A DNA stretch of 64,000 bases. It comes from an uncultured Candidatus Saccharibacteria bacterium (GTDB lineage: Bacteria > Patescibacteriota > Minisyncoccia > Phycocordibacterales > CAYSCM01). The DNA lies in assembly GCA_964429815.1 (NCBI GenBank), contig CAYSCM010000001.1:352001-416000 (forward strand), in the 5' to 3' direction. Below the pieces are notes generated by a model, which was not told the origin of the DNA, searched no databases, and saw only the letters and a program-made list of their open reading frames with translations. Position 1 is the first letter of the stretch. Every line of letters begins with the position of its first letter. Below, one piece after another: positions 9,918-19,088 of the stretch. The position numbers and the translations under genes are program-made.

Positions 9918-10319
9918 ATGATGGAGCGCGAGCGATTCGAAGAGCTGGTGACGCAGGAATTTCCGAATGCGGTACCGGAGAGATTCCGCGGTCATATCAA
10001 AAACGTCGCCCTCCTTGTCGAAGATGAACCCTCGGAGGAAGTTCGCGCCGAGGAAGGGCTTGCCGGCAACGAGACGCTCCTTGGTCTCTATCGAGGGATT
10101 CCCTACGATGACCGCGGCGGCCTCTATGGGGTGGGGGCGACGCTCCCGGATACCATAACGCTCTATCGAATACCCATTCTCGAGGAAGCGGGGGAGAGCG
10201 AGGAAAGGGTGCGGAAGATTATACGGGAGACCATCTGGCACGAGGTGGCGCATTACTTCGGGTTCTCGGAGAGAGACGTAGGGCGTCGCGAGGAAGACGG
10301 CACCAATTATTCACGCTAA
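9918..10319 (+). CDS. zincin-like metallopeptidase family protein
   Basis: 133 aa with HEVAHYFG (HExxH) motif; acidic. Confidence 0.65.
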   Translation: MMERERFEELVTQEFPNAVPERFRGHIKNVALLVEDEPSEEVRAEEGLAGNETLLGLYRGIPYDDRGGLYGVGATLPDTITLYRIPILEEAGESEERVRKIIRETIWHEVAHYFGFSERDVGRREEDGTNYSR

Positions 10320-10328
10320 CCAAGATCC

Positions 10329-10724
10329 ATGTCCTATGCAGGCAATGTCATCAAGGAAACCGAGGAGAACCACTTTTTTCGAAAAGTTGTGTACACGGGA
10401 GAAAAATCCCAACTCGTCGTTATGGAAATTCCCGTTGGCGGAGACGTGGGGGAGGAAATACACGAGCACGTCGAACAGTGGCTTTTCTTTGAGGCAGGAA
10501 CCGGCAAAGCGGTCGTCGGAGAAAGGGAGTGGAGCGTGGGTAAGGGCGATGTTGTCATCGTGGCCGCAGAGACTCGACACAACTTCTTCAACGTCGGCTC
10601 GGAACCTCTCAAGATATATACGATCTACGTTCCGGCAAACCACATCGATGCGCGCATTCACAACACGAAGGCGGATGCCAAGAGGGATGCTCAAGATAAG
10701 GCATTCGGCGAGTGTGTCGTATAA
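10329..10724 (+). CDS. cupin domain protein
   Basis: 131 aa; G(x)5HxH...E cupin motif 1-like GGDVGEEIHEHVEQWLF and motif 2-like GDVVIVAAETRHNFFN. Confidence 0.65.
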   Translation: MSYAGNVIKETEENHFFRKVVYTGEKSQLVVMEIPVGGDVGEEIHEHVEQWLFFEAGTGKAVVGEREWSVGKGDVVIVAAETRHNFFNVGSEPLKIYTIYVPANHIDARIHNTKADAKRDAQDKAFGECVV

Positions 10725-10804
10725 TTTGGGGATAAAAAACTTTGGGAAGAAAGCGCGCCGCGTATACTAACGTTATCGTAATTTTTTAGCAGCTGTTTGA
10801 TTTC

Positions 10805-11182
10805 ATGGACGAAAAAGAACCAATGATTGAGCGCAAGGCCTTCCAACAGTGGGCCGTGCTTGCCATCCTTATCCTTTCTCTGGCCGGGAACTACTTCCTC
10901 TACAAAGAAAACAGGAAGTTGTCGACGAACCCGCAGATCGCAGTTCAGCAGCAAATAGAGGCCATTGTCAGCAAGGTAAGCAAGCTCATCGTGCTTCCCT
11001 CCGACGAAACGCCGACCATCGTGACCATAGCCAACACGACCGATCTTAAAAATCAGCCGTTCTTCCAGAACGCCAAGCCTGGCGACCAGGTCATCATGTA
11101 CCCGAGCAATCGGCGCGTCATAATATACCGCCCGAGCGAGAACCGCATCATTGAAGTGGGGTTCATCAATATCGGCCATTAG
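10805..11182 (+). CDS. hypothetical membrane-anchored protein
   Basis: 125 aa, one TM (WAVLAILILSLAGNYFLY), followed by a strong terminator. Confidence 0.5.
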   Translation: MDEKEPMIERKAFQQWAVLAILILSLAGNYFLYKENRKLSTNPQIAVQQQIEAIVSKVSKLIVLPSDETPTIVTIANTTDLKNQPFFQNAKPGDQVIMYPSNRRVIIYRPSENRIIEVGFINIGH

Positions 11183-11193
11183 GAAAAATTAGG

Positions 11194-11228
11194 GAAAACG
11201 CGCCGCCCGACGCGGCGCGTTTTGCTTT
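11194..11228 (+). terminator. rho-independent terminator
   Basis: aaaacgcgccgcccgacgcggcgcgttttgctttt: GC-rich perfect hairpin plus T-run. Confidence 0.7.
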
Positions 11229-11240
11229 TGAAAAAGAAAG

Positions 11241-11264
11241 TGCGCCGAAAAATTTCGGCGCACT
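11241..11264 (-). terminator. rho-independent terminator for convergent minus-strand gene
   Basis: gtgcgccgaaaaatttcggcgcac hairpin flanked by A/T runs, directly 3' of CDS 11263-12450. Confidence 0.55.
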
Positions 11265-12450
11265 AGGTGCACTGCGCGAGGCCTTCTATGGCCTTGCGGA
11301 AAATCTCCCTCCCGCGCTCGAGTACGCTCTCGCGGAGAGCGCGGTTCGCGGGGAAGAATATCTCGTCCATATACGCGCGGCTCTCGCGAGCGTACGGACA
11401 TTCAGGGTCTTCGTAGAGGTAGGTTCCGACCGCGTTACGCGCACAGACGGCCCACGAGCTCTTGAGGAGCTTATAGGTTCCTATCTCGACGCATAGCCCG
11501 AGAAAGAGGGCGCCATGCTCTCGGGCGAGCTCATCGGCGACGAGCGTTTCGATGACGCCGGACGAGTGGACCGCGATCGATTCGTCCGCAGCCGTCGCTT
11601 CGATGGTTCCCACCCCGAACATCCGCTCCATCCGTTCGTTCTCACGACCTCCTTTCGGAAAGTGGCTGATGAGCGAAAATTCCCCGGCTCTCCCCAGGCC
11701 GGTATGGAGATCGAGAAGAAGCACACGCTCGGCGCTTTTCGGGAGGCACCGGCGGACAATGCGACGAAGAGCGATGGCGCTTCTCGTCGGTCGACCATCG
11801 CCGGCATAAAAGACCCCCTGCGGGTAGTCTCCTTGACCGGTGCCAATGACACGCTTTAGTTTCCGTTTCCCCTCAGCAAGGCTCCACTTCCGGATCGCTT
11901 CAAGCAGCCAGAACTCGCAAACAGCTTTGAGGCACCCGGTGTAGCGCCAGAGGTCGGGGAGGCGCGGGTTGATATAAGGGTTGAGCTCGACGTACTCCGG
12001 CGACGTCGCTACTTTGGTAAGCGTTCCGTCGCGAAGCTTCCATGCTTCCCAATTCGCGCGGTTAGGATCGACATTGTTTTCATCGTTTCGGTGTGAGTGC
12101 GATGAGCCCCACGGGTTGAGGCCGTGGACGGCGAGCAGTCCGACGTGTGCCGGTGCTCTCTTATCCCACGCACCCATAAGCTCGTTTACTAGCATGGATC
12201 CCATGTAGAGCTCGGATCCATGGAGACCCGTCGTGACAAAAAGTACGCTCTGTGGCTCTGACGTCCCGCGATAGGCGGCAATGGTGACGAGCTCATCCTC
12301 GCCAACGCTCTTCCGGTACAAGCCGCGAATGCCTCGGCGCCAGAGACATTCGACGTGAATGATCGCACCGGCCGCTTCCGCCGCGGCGTAGAATGCTTTG
12401 CACGAGTCTGGAAACGTCGGCCTTGGCATCGTGAGTAGGCGATTGGACAT
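11263..12450 (-). CDS. DUF2817 / M14-like zinc carboxypeptidase-fold protein (succinylglutamate desuccinylase/aspartoacylase-like)
   Basis: 395 aa; TTGLHGSELYMGS resembles the HxxE zinc-binding motif of the M14/AstE-AspA superfamily; the family call is from memory of the motif pattern, not a search. Confidence 0.5.
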   Translation of the reverse strand: MSNRLLTMPRPTFPDSCKAFYAAAEAAGAIIHVECLWRRGIRGLYRKSVGEDELVTIAAYRGTSEPQSVLFVTTGLHGSELYMGSMLVNELMGAWDKRAPAHVGLLAVHGLNPWGSSHSHRNDENNVDPNRANWEAWKLRDGTLTKVATSPEYVELNPYINPRLPDLWRYTGCLKAVCEFWLLEAIRKWSLAEGKRKLKRVIGTGQGDYPQGVFYAGDGRPTRSAIALRRIVRRCLPKSAERVLLLDLHTGLGRAGEFSLISHFPKGGRENERMERMFGVGTIEATAADESIAVHSSGVIETLVADELAREHGALFLGLCVEIGTYKLLKSSWAVCARNAVGTYLYEDPECPYARESRAYMDEIFFPANRALRESVLERGREIFRKAIEGLAQCT

Positions 12451-12537
12451 ACTGTCCCTCCTATCCTTGTCGAGGTACGACGTGCTCCTTTAATCCTATA
12501 CCCGAGCGGATGTGCGGGGAAGAGTACAATACAAGCT

Positions 12538-13611
12538 ATGGCCATCATCGGACACATAGACCTCGACGCCTTCTTCGCCTCCGTGGAGGAGCGCGACAAA
12601 CCCTTCCTCAAAGGAGAACCCATCGTCGTTGGTGCCGATCCGAAAGGGGGAAGCGGCCGTGGCGTCGTCGCGACCGCCAACTATAAAGCGCGCGAGTACG
12701 GCATACACTCGGCGATACCTATCTCGCAGGCATGGAAGCTCTCAGAGTTGGCACGAAAGTCGGGGAAACCCCAAGCGGTTTTTATCGTACCCTCCAGTCA
12801 CAAGTACGGGAAAGCTTCGAAGGAAGTTTTCAAGGTCGTGAGAAGTCACGTAACGAGCATCGAGGAAACCTCCGTCGATGAAGCGTACCTCGACCTCACC
12901 TTCACGAAAACTCTTTTGGGAGCGATCGCGCTCGCGCGCGCTGTGAAGCGCGATATCTATCGCCGTACGGGGCTTCGCGCGACGGTTGGCATCGGGCATA
13001 ACCGCATGATGGCAAAGATCGCAAGCGGCCATAAAAAACCAAATGGTCTCACGGTCGTCTCCGAACAAAAGGCCGAGAAATTCCTGGAACCACTTCCCGT
13101 TCGCATCTTGCCGGGCGTCGGCCCAAAGACCGAAGCGGCGCTTCGGCGCTATGGTGTAAAAACGGTCGGGGACGCTCGGAAATTCTCCTGGGTTGAGCTC
13201 GTCGAGCACTTCGGCTCATGGGGCTACGACCTGTATGAAAAAATCCGTGGCATCGCCCCGGCGAAGCTCTACAAGGACGAACCGTACAAATCGATCGGAG
13301 AGCACGAGACGTTTGAGACCGATACGGACGACCTCGACGCTATCATGAAAACGATAAGCGGCATGGCGGGAAGGCTCCTCAAACGACTTGTCCGTCACAA
13401 TTTTTCCGGCTTCAAGACGGTTGTCATCACGGTGCGTTTCTCCGATTTCACCACCAAGAACCGCTCGGTGACCGCCAAGGAAAAGATAGATAGCCAAAAA
13501 GTCCTCGAGGTGCGCGCGCTCAAGCTTCTCCTGCCGTTTTTCGACCGAAGCGAGAATCCCCGAAGGCTCCCGATACGGCTCGTAGGACTCAGGCTCGAAA
13601 AACTCGTTTAA
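12538..13611 (+). CDS. dinB: DNA polymerase IV (Y-family translesion polymerase)
   Basis: MAIIGHIDLDAFFASVEERD...IVVGA N-terminus, HhH, little-finger domain; -10-like TACAAT just upstream. Confidence 0.9.
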   Translation: MAIIGHIDLDAFFASVEERDKPFLKGEPIVVGADPKGGSGRGVVATANYKAREYGIHSAIPISQAWKLSELARKSGKPQAVFIVPSSHKYGKASKEVFKVVRSHVTSIEETSVDEAYLDLTFTKTLLGAIALARAVKRDIYRRTGLRATVGIGHNRMMAKIASGHKKPNGLTVVSEQKAEKFLEPLPVRILPGVGPKTEAALRRYGVKTVGDARKFSWVELVEHFGSWGYDLYEKIRGIAPAKLYKDEPYKSIGEHETFETDTDDLDAIMKTISGMAGRLLKRLVRHNFSGFKTVVITVRFSDFTTKNRSVTAKEKIDSQKVLEVRALKLLLPFFDRSENPRRLPIRLVGLRLEKLV

Positions 13612-13634
13612 AAAGCGCGTGCTACAATAGCGCC

Positions 13635-14762
13635 ATGAAAAAACTCATAGTCGGCGCGGCGGCCCTCTTTGTCGTTGCCCTACCGGTCTCTGCCGCTACG
13701 ATGCGCGCGGGTAACGATTATATGCTCGGCCAGAACCAGACGGTCCCGGACAATCTCTACGCGGCAGCAAGCAACCTTACGCTCTCGGGCGTCGTCTTCG
13801 GTGACGCGCTGGTAGCGGGAAGGACGGTGCTCCTCAATGGGCTCGTCAAGGATGACGTCGCGGCCGCAGGGGGCACGGTTCAGCTCCTCTCGACGGTAAA
13901 CGGCGATGCGCGCGTCGCCGGAGGCGACGTAACGATCGGCGGCAAGATCGCCGGCGACCTCATCGTCGCCGGCGGCACCGTGCATGTGCTCCAGAGCGCT
14001 GTCATCGGAGGGGACGTCGTCATGCTCGGCGGGGCGCTCACCTTCGACGGGGTCGCTCTCAAAGATGTGCGCATGATAGGGGGCAGTGCTCTCATCCACG
14101 GCCTCATTACAGGCTCACTACGCGCAAATGTCTCGAAGACGGTCACCGTCGCGACCGGCGCTTCCATTAAGGGGAACTTCGATTACGCCGCCCCGACCCC
14201 GGCGACGGTCGAGAAAGGCGCCATAATCGGCGGGAAAATAACCGCGACGACGACACCGGCAGCGCCAAGCGAAACGCAGGCGATATTCGCAACCCTCGTC
14301 TCCATCGCACTCCTAACGAAATTCATTATCTTGGCGCTCGCCGCGGCGCTCCTCGTCTATTTCTTCCCCCGTGCGAGCTCCTCCGTCACGATGAAGACGC
14401 TCGCTGAAATTCCAAAGAACACCATTCTCGGCTTTACCGCGCTCGTCGTCATTCCGATTGCCTCCGTTCTCCTTATGGCGACAGTGCTTTTCTTCCCCTT
14501 TGGCATCCTCGTCCTCATCCTCTACGCGTTCCTTCTCGGGCTCTCCAAGCTCTACGTAGGCGTCGTCGCGGGGGCTCTTCTTTCTAAGTGGTTCGTGAAA
14601 AGGGAGGGGGTGAATGTTGGCTTTGCCATTCTCGGTACGGCGGCTATCGAGCTCGCCTCACTCATTCCTATCGTCGGCTGGATAGTCTCAGCGGTGTTTT
14701 GCCTCGCTACGTTTGGGGCCATTATGCGCATCCTCAGCGCCCGCTACGGCGCGCAGCGATAG
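13635..14762 (+). CDS. membrane protein with polymer-forming beta-helix (bactofilin-like) repeats
   Basis: 375 aa; signal peptide, repeated G(D)xVxxGGxV motifs, then four C-terminal TM helices. Confidence 0.5.
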   Translation: MKKLIVGAAALFVVALPVSAATMRAGNDYMLGQNQTVPDNLYAAASNLTLSGVVFGDALVAGRTVLLNGLVKDDVAAAGGTVQLLSTVNGDARVAGGDVTIGGKIAGDLIVAGGTVHVLQSAVIGGDVVMLGGALTFDGVALKDVRMIGGSALIHGLITGSLRANVSKTVTVATGASIKGNFDYAAPTPATVEKGAIIGGKITATTTPAAPSETQAIFATLVSIALLTKFIILALAAALLVYFFPRASSSVTMKTLAEIPKNTILGFTALVVIPIASVLLMATVLFFPFGILVLILYAFLLGLSKLYVGVVAGALLSKWFVKREGVNVGFAILGTAAIELASLIPIVGWIVSAVFCLATFGAIMRILSARYGAQR

Positions 14763-15169
14763 TGTGGATAGCGGATTCTGTTATACTACGCTCTGGCACG
14801 CGTGAGTTCCTGCTTTTTACTGTCTAGCGTAGTGAGAGAAATCAAAGCTTGCTTTGGTTTCCGAGCGAGCGACGACAGCAAGGGTTCCAAGAACCCTTAG
14901 TTTGCCCCACAGCGCAAGGTCCTTCTTGTTAGATGGGGCAAATCGGAGATGAAAACAGCCCCCGCTCTCCCCTATATCAGCACAGCTGATCGGGCGATCA
15001 TCAGCATCGCTCGATGTTGATGATATAGCCGCGGCGGGCCGTTTTCGTTTTGCGCCTTACTTCAGGCTTATTTTTGCAAAAGAGAATGAATAAAACCGGG
15101 CGTCCCAATCGTCGGCACGTTCAGCGCCGACGCACGGAAGTAGCAGCGCCTGAGCGTAAACTTTGCAGT

Positions 15170-15205
15170 GGCGGCTCGTGCAAAAGCGAGCCGCCTTTTT
15201 CTTTT
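15170..15205 (+). terminator. rho-independent terminator
   Basis: ggcggctcgtgcaaaagcgagccgcc + tttttctttt; ends an unassigned ~400-nt structured intergenic region. Confidence 0.75.
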
Positions 15206-15223
15206 GATGCTACAATCCCGGCC

Positions 15224-15892
15224 ATGACTAAGGGGAAGGTGATTGAGCGGAGGGGAAGAATCTTGAGAATGAACACACTCCTGAAGCGGCTTTACCCAAA
15301 TGCAAAAATTGCCCTCCGTTACAGAAACAATTGGGAACTTCTTGTTGCGGTGCAACTTTCCGCGCAGTGCACGGACAAAACGGTCAATCGCGTTACGGAA
15401 AAGCTCTTCAAGAAGTACAAAACGCTCGACGACTACGTAAAGGCAGGTCCTCGAGAGTTCGAGCGGGATATTTTTCAAACGGGGTTTTACAAAAATAAGA
15501 CCAAAAACATTCTTGCGGCAGCGAAGCTCATCAAAGAAGACTACGGCGGCAGAATCCCTAAAACGATGAAAGAGCTGCTCCTCATTCCCGGTGTTGCACG
15601 GAAAACCGCGAATGTTGTTTTAGGGAACGCGCACGGTGTTGTCGAGGGTATCGCCGTCGACACGCACGTGCGCCGCTTTGCGCTCAAATTCGATCTAACC
15701 GACCACCGCGACCCGGTCAAAATCGAGCGCGACCTCATGGAGCTTTTGCCTAGGAAGGAGTGGTTTGCCTTTACCTACCGCATTATCGAATACGGCCGGA
15801 AGGTCTGCCCAGCACGCGTTCACGATTGTGCGGCTCATCCCCTTAGCAAAATCTACGCTCTCGCTGCGGGGCGCTTTCCCAAGGCGAAGTAA
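15224..15892 (+). CDS. nth: endonuclease III-like HhH-GPD DNA glycosylase
   Basis: LLVAVQLSAQCTDKTVNRV, HhH-GPD LPGVARKTANVVL, catalytic D in GIAVDTHV; only two Cys (CPARVHDC), so an incomplete 4Fe-4S motif. The ORF-track N-terminal extension overlaps the terminator and was rejected; alternative start 15269. Confidence 0.8.
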   Translation: MTKGKVIERRGRILRMNTLLKRLYPNAKIALRYRNNWELLVAVQLSAQCTDKTVNRVTEKLFKKYKTLDDYVKAGPREFERDIFQTGFYKNKTKNILAAAKLIKEDYGGRIPKTMKELLLIPGVARKTANVVLGNAHGVVEGIAVDTHVRRFALKFDLTDHRDPVKIERDLMELLPRKEWFAFTYRIIEYGRKVCPARVHDCAAHPLSKIYALAAGRFPKAK

Positions 15893-15906
15893 GATAAAAT
15901 GATAGC

Positions 15907-16590
15907 ATGAGAAGGCTCGCCATCTTCGATATCGACGGGACCCTTTTCCGCTCCTCGCTCATCATCGAGCTCATCGAAGAGCTTATCGAGCAGGATATTT
16001 TCCCGAAATCCATGCGCGATATGTATCTGCGCGAGCAGGGGGCGTGGCTCGACCGGAGGGGAAGCTATGAGGACTATATAATGAAGCTCGTCGTTGCGTT
16101 CGAAAAGCATCTCAAGGGAGTTTCTTACAAAGACTTTACGGCGGCCGCGAAGGTCGTGACGGTGAAGAAGAAAGACCGTGTGTACCGATATACTCGTGAC
16201 CTCATTAAAAAACTGAAACAGGAGGACTACTACCTGCTCGCTGTTTCGCAATCCCCGAAGGCCATTCTCGAGCCCTTCGGCAAAGGTGTCGGCTTCGACA
16301 AAATCTACGGGCGCATCTACGAAGTGGGGCCGTCCGAGCGCTTCACGGGCGGCATTGAAGACCTCAATCTCATCGCGAACAAGGCAAATATCGTCAAGCG
16401 TGTCCTCGAAAAAGAAAAGCTCACGCTCGATGGCTCCGTCGGGGTGGGCGACACGGAGGGGGACATAGCGTTTCTCGAAATGGTCGAAGAGCCGATATGC
16501 TTCAATCCCAATGCCGCCCTCTACAAGCACGCCAAGCGGCTCGGCTGGAAGGTCGTCGTCGAGCGGAAGGACGTCGTGTATGAACTCTAA
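15907..16590 (+). CDS. HAD-IB family hydrolase (phosphoserine phosphatase-like)
   Basis: DIDGTL motif I, S/T motif II, GDTEGD motif IV. Confidence 0.78.
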   Translation: MRRLAIFDIDGTLFRSSLIIELIEELIEQDIFPKSMRDMYLREQGAWLDRRGSYEDYIMKLVVAFEKHLKGVSYKDFTAAAKVVTVKKKDRVYRYTRDLIKKLKQEDYYLLAVSQSPKAILEPFGKGVGFDKIYGRIYEVGPSERFTGGIEDLNLIANKANIVKRVLEKEKLTLDGSVGVGDTEGDIAFLEMVEEPICFNPNAALYKHAKRLGWKVVVERKDVVYEL

Positions 16591-16598
16591 GCACTTCT

Positions 16599-16838
16599 AT
16601 GAAGAAACTCTTTAGGAGTGAGAGGGATAGGCGCGTCGCCGGCGTCATCGGCGGAGTGGGGGAGTATCTCGACATCGACCCGACATTCCTGCGGGTCATT
16701 TTTATTTTCATCCTGGTCTTCAGCGGGTTTCTCCCCGCTACAGTCGTCTACCTCCTCGCTGTTTTGGTCATTCCGCGGCACCCGCGGATCTCAAAACCCA
16801 ACGCACTCCACTTTGACGCACAGGCGCATGACCTCTGA
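16599..16838 (+). CDS. PspC domain-containing protein
   Basis: RSERDRRVAGVIGGVGEYLDIDPTFLRVIFIF then a TM segment: canonical PspC N-domain. Confidence 0.75.
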   Translation: MKKLFRSERDRRVAGVIGGVGEYLDIDPTFLRVIFIFILVFSGFLPATVVYLLAVLVIPRHPRISKPNALHFDAQAHDL

Positions 16839-17043
16839 AGAAAAGACCGCCGGGGGTATGGCCGGCGGTTTTAGTCATTGACGCGATCGAAGGACGGCGG
16901 CTACGAAGAGCGCGAGGGCGATAAGGCCGATTCCTCCCCATAGCAATATTCCCCCAACGGTAAGTCCCCATGCATCGAAAGCGGGGAGCATGGACGGTTC
17001 CGTCGTTGCCGCACTTAGTATATCAGGATGATACAATGGCGTC

Positions 17044-17868
17044 GTGAACGCAGCGCCGACGTCCCGCAACGTAAAACGCTTTCAAAAGCTTGTGCTCGGA
17101 CATTTCCAAAAAGCCGGCCGCGACTTGCCCTGGCGGCGCACCCGCGACCCATACCGCATCCTCCTTTCCGAGATCATGCTCCAACAGACGCAAGTGGAGC
17201 GCGTCATACCCTTTTATGAGCGTTTCTTTGCCCGATTTCCTGACGTTACGTCACTTTCCCGGGCCAGTTTCGCTGAGGTATACGAGTATTGGAAAGGGCT
17301 TGGCTACAATCGTCGCGCCAAAGCGCTACGCGACCTCGCCGAGGTCATAGTGCGAGAGCATGGTGGGGCGTTTCCCTCGACCGCAAAAGCGCTCGAAGAG
17401 CTTCCTGGAGTCGGTCGCTATACCGCCGCCGCGGTCGCCGCGTTTGCGTTTAGCAAGAGAGTCATCCTCATCGAGACCAACATCCGCACGGTCTACCTCC
17501 ATCACTTTTTTTCGGGGAAGGGGAAAGTGGACGACAAAAGCATCGAGCCGCTCATCGAAAGAACTCTCCCCGACAGAGATTTCGCACGATGGTACGCCGC
17601 GCTCATGGACTATGGGGCACACTTAAAAAAGAACGGCGTTAAGCTCAACTCGAGGAGCCGCTCCTATGTCCGGCAAAAACCGTTTAAAAACTCGACACGA
17701 AAACTGCGCGGAGAAATACTGCGCCGTCTTTCGGAGAGCGAAGGGCAGATGGTGGAGAAACTTCGCCATGAACTTGGGGCAAAAGCGTACCTCTTTCGCC
17801 GTGAGCTGCAAAAGCTCAAGAGCGAAGGGCTCATCGTCCTTGAACGTGCCCACGTACAGCTTGCCTAG
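17044..17868 (+). CDS. MutY-like HhH-GPD adenine DNA glycosylase homolog lacking a C-terminal Fe-S cysteine cluster
   Basis: LLSEIMLQQTQVERVIPFYERFFARFPDVTSL and LPGVGRYTAAAVAAFAF match the MutY catalytic core; no Cys cluster after the HhH-GPD. Confidence 0.72.
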   Translation: MNAAPTSRNVKRFQKLVLGHFQKAGRDLPWRRTRDPYRILLSEIMLQQTQVERVIPFYERFFARFPDVTSLSRASFAEVYEYWKGLGYNRRAKALRDLAEVIVREHGGAFPSTAKALEELPGVGRYTAAAVAAFAFSKRVILIETNIRTVYLHHFFSGKGKVDDKSIEPLIERTLPDRDFARWYAALMDYGAHLKKNGVKLNSRSRSYVRQKPFKNSTRKLRGEILRRLSESEGQMVEKLRHELGAKAYLFRRELQKLKSEGLIVLERAHVQLA

Positions 17869-19067
17869 CGCGTATCGCGGATGATAGAGGCAAAAAATAC
17901 GCCGCAGAAGGTAAGGATTCCAAAGACAAGAAAGAGGTAGCGAAGCGGCAGGAAAAAGAGAAGGACCGATCCGGTGAAAATGCCAAGGAGCGTCGCGGTC
18001 GGCTGTATCATGCGGAAAAGCGAAATAGCGTGGGCGCTGCGCCCGTCCACTTTTTTGAAAAAATAGGATTCGGTCGAGACCTCGACGAGCGCTCCGCCGA
18101 CATTCGTCAGGTAGAGAATGGAGCTCCACAGAAGGACGCTCGCGGCCTGTGAGTAGGAGATGGCAGCGACCCCGGCCCCAAGTATCACGAAGCCAAGGAT
18201 CATAAGCTCCTGCTCGCCGAGATAACGGTCCGCGATATGTCCGAGCGGTATTTCGAAAATGACGTAGGGTACCTGCGTTACGGCGAGAATGACGCCAAGC
18301 ACAGGCCAAGAAAATCCAAGATGCACGTGGAGGTAGATGGGAATGTAGACGACGGAGATGGCGTAGAAAAGACGGAGCATGAGTTGCGAGGAAAATACGC
18401 CGAAGAGGTCGCGGTTGCGTGCGAGAGAGCGGAGCGAGCGCAGGAGGTCTCGAATCCCGATGCCGACGTAGGGAGGGTCGACGAAGTTGCGGAAACGCAG
18501 CGCGATGACGACAAGAAAAGGTATGAGGAAGAAAACCGACACGAAGTAGACGCTTCTGAAATGTTCTTCGAGGCCGACGATCGCTCCCATGATAAAGGGC
18601 GCGATAACGAACGCGAGGTTCGCCAACCCGAGATAGAGGCCTCGCACGCCGCCGGTCACATCGTCCTCGCCGTCGCCAGGATGGCTGTAATTCTCGAGGA
18701 ATATATCCAGCGAAAAGAAAATAGCCGGCTCAAGTCCCAGAAGCAGTATGTCGAGCACAATTATAAGAAAAGGGCTCGTGACGGTAGCGAGCCCCAAGAG
18801 GATGCCCATTTGAAGGGCAGCGAAAATGACCAGCGAGCGATAATTGCCGAGCTTGCGGAGCACTTGTGAGGCGGCGATAAAAGTGAAGAGGGAGCAGAAA
18901 GCCGAGACGATGTAGACGACGCCGACGTAGCGCTCGCCGAGGAGGTTCCCTATGAAGTTGCTGTTGACATAGAGGACGAAGGTGAGCTGAAGGTAGGCTA
19001 TGAAGCCAGCAAGATAGAGCCAGCGGATTTTTCGCAGACGAAGGATGCGGAGTGCCGTGGTAGACAC
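17865..19067 (-). CDS. MFS transporter
   Basis: 400 aa, about 12 predicted TM helices. Confidence 0.75.
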   Translation of the reverse strand: MSTTALRILRLRKIRWLYLAGFIAYLQLTFVLYVNSNFIGNLLGERYVGVVYIVSAFCSLFTFIAASQVLRKLGNYRSLVIFAALQMGILLGLATVTSPFLIIVLDILLLGLEPAIFFSLDIFLENYSHPGDGEDDVTGGVRGLYLGLANLAFVIAPFIMGAIVGLEEHFRSVYFVSVFFLIPFLVVIALRFRNFVDPPYVGIGIRDLLRSLRSLARNRDLFGVFSSQLMLRLFYAISVVYIPIYLHVHLGFSWPVLGVILAVTQVPYVIFEIPLGHIADRYLGEQELMILGFVILGAGVAAISYSQAASVLLWSSILYLTNVGGALVEVSTESYFFKKVDGRSAHAISLFRMIQPTATLLGIFTGSVLLFFLPLRYLFLVFGILTFCGVFFASIIRDTR

Positions 19068-19088
19068 TCCACCAGTATATAGAGTTAC

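Noticed and set aside
15050-15223. N-terminal 58-aa extension of the nth ORF as given by the track
   Set aside because: Overlaps a strong rho-independent terminator and structured RNA-like sequence; homologs start near MNTLLKRLYPN or MTKGK.
16875-17069. 64-aa minus-strand ORF with one TM helix between the PspC gene and the MutY-like gene
   Set aside because: Overlaps the MutY-like gene start and lacks support; could be a real small protein but evidence is insufficient.
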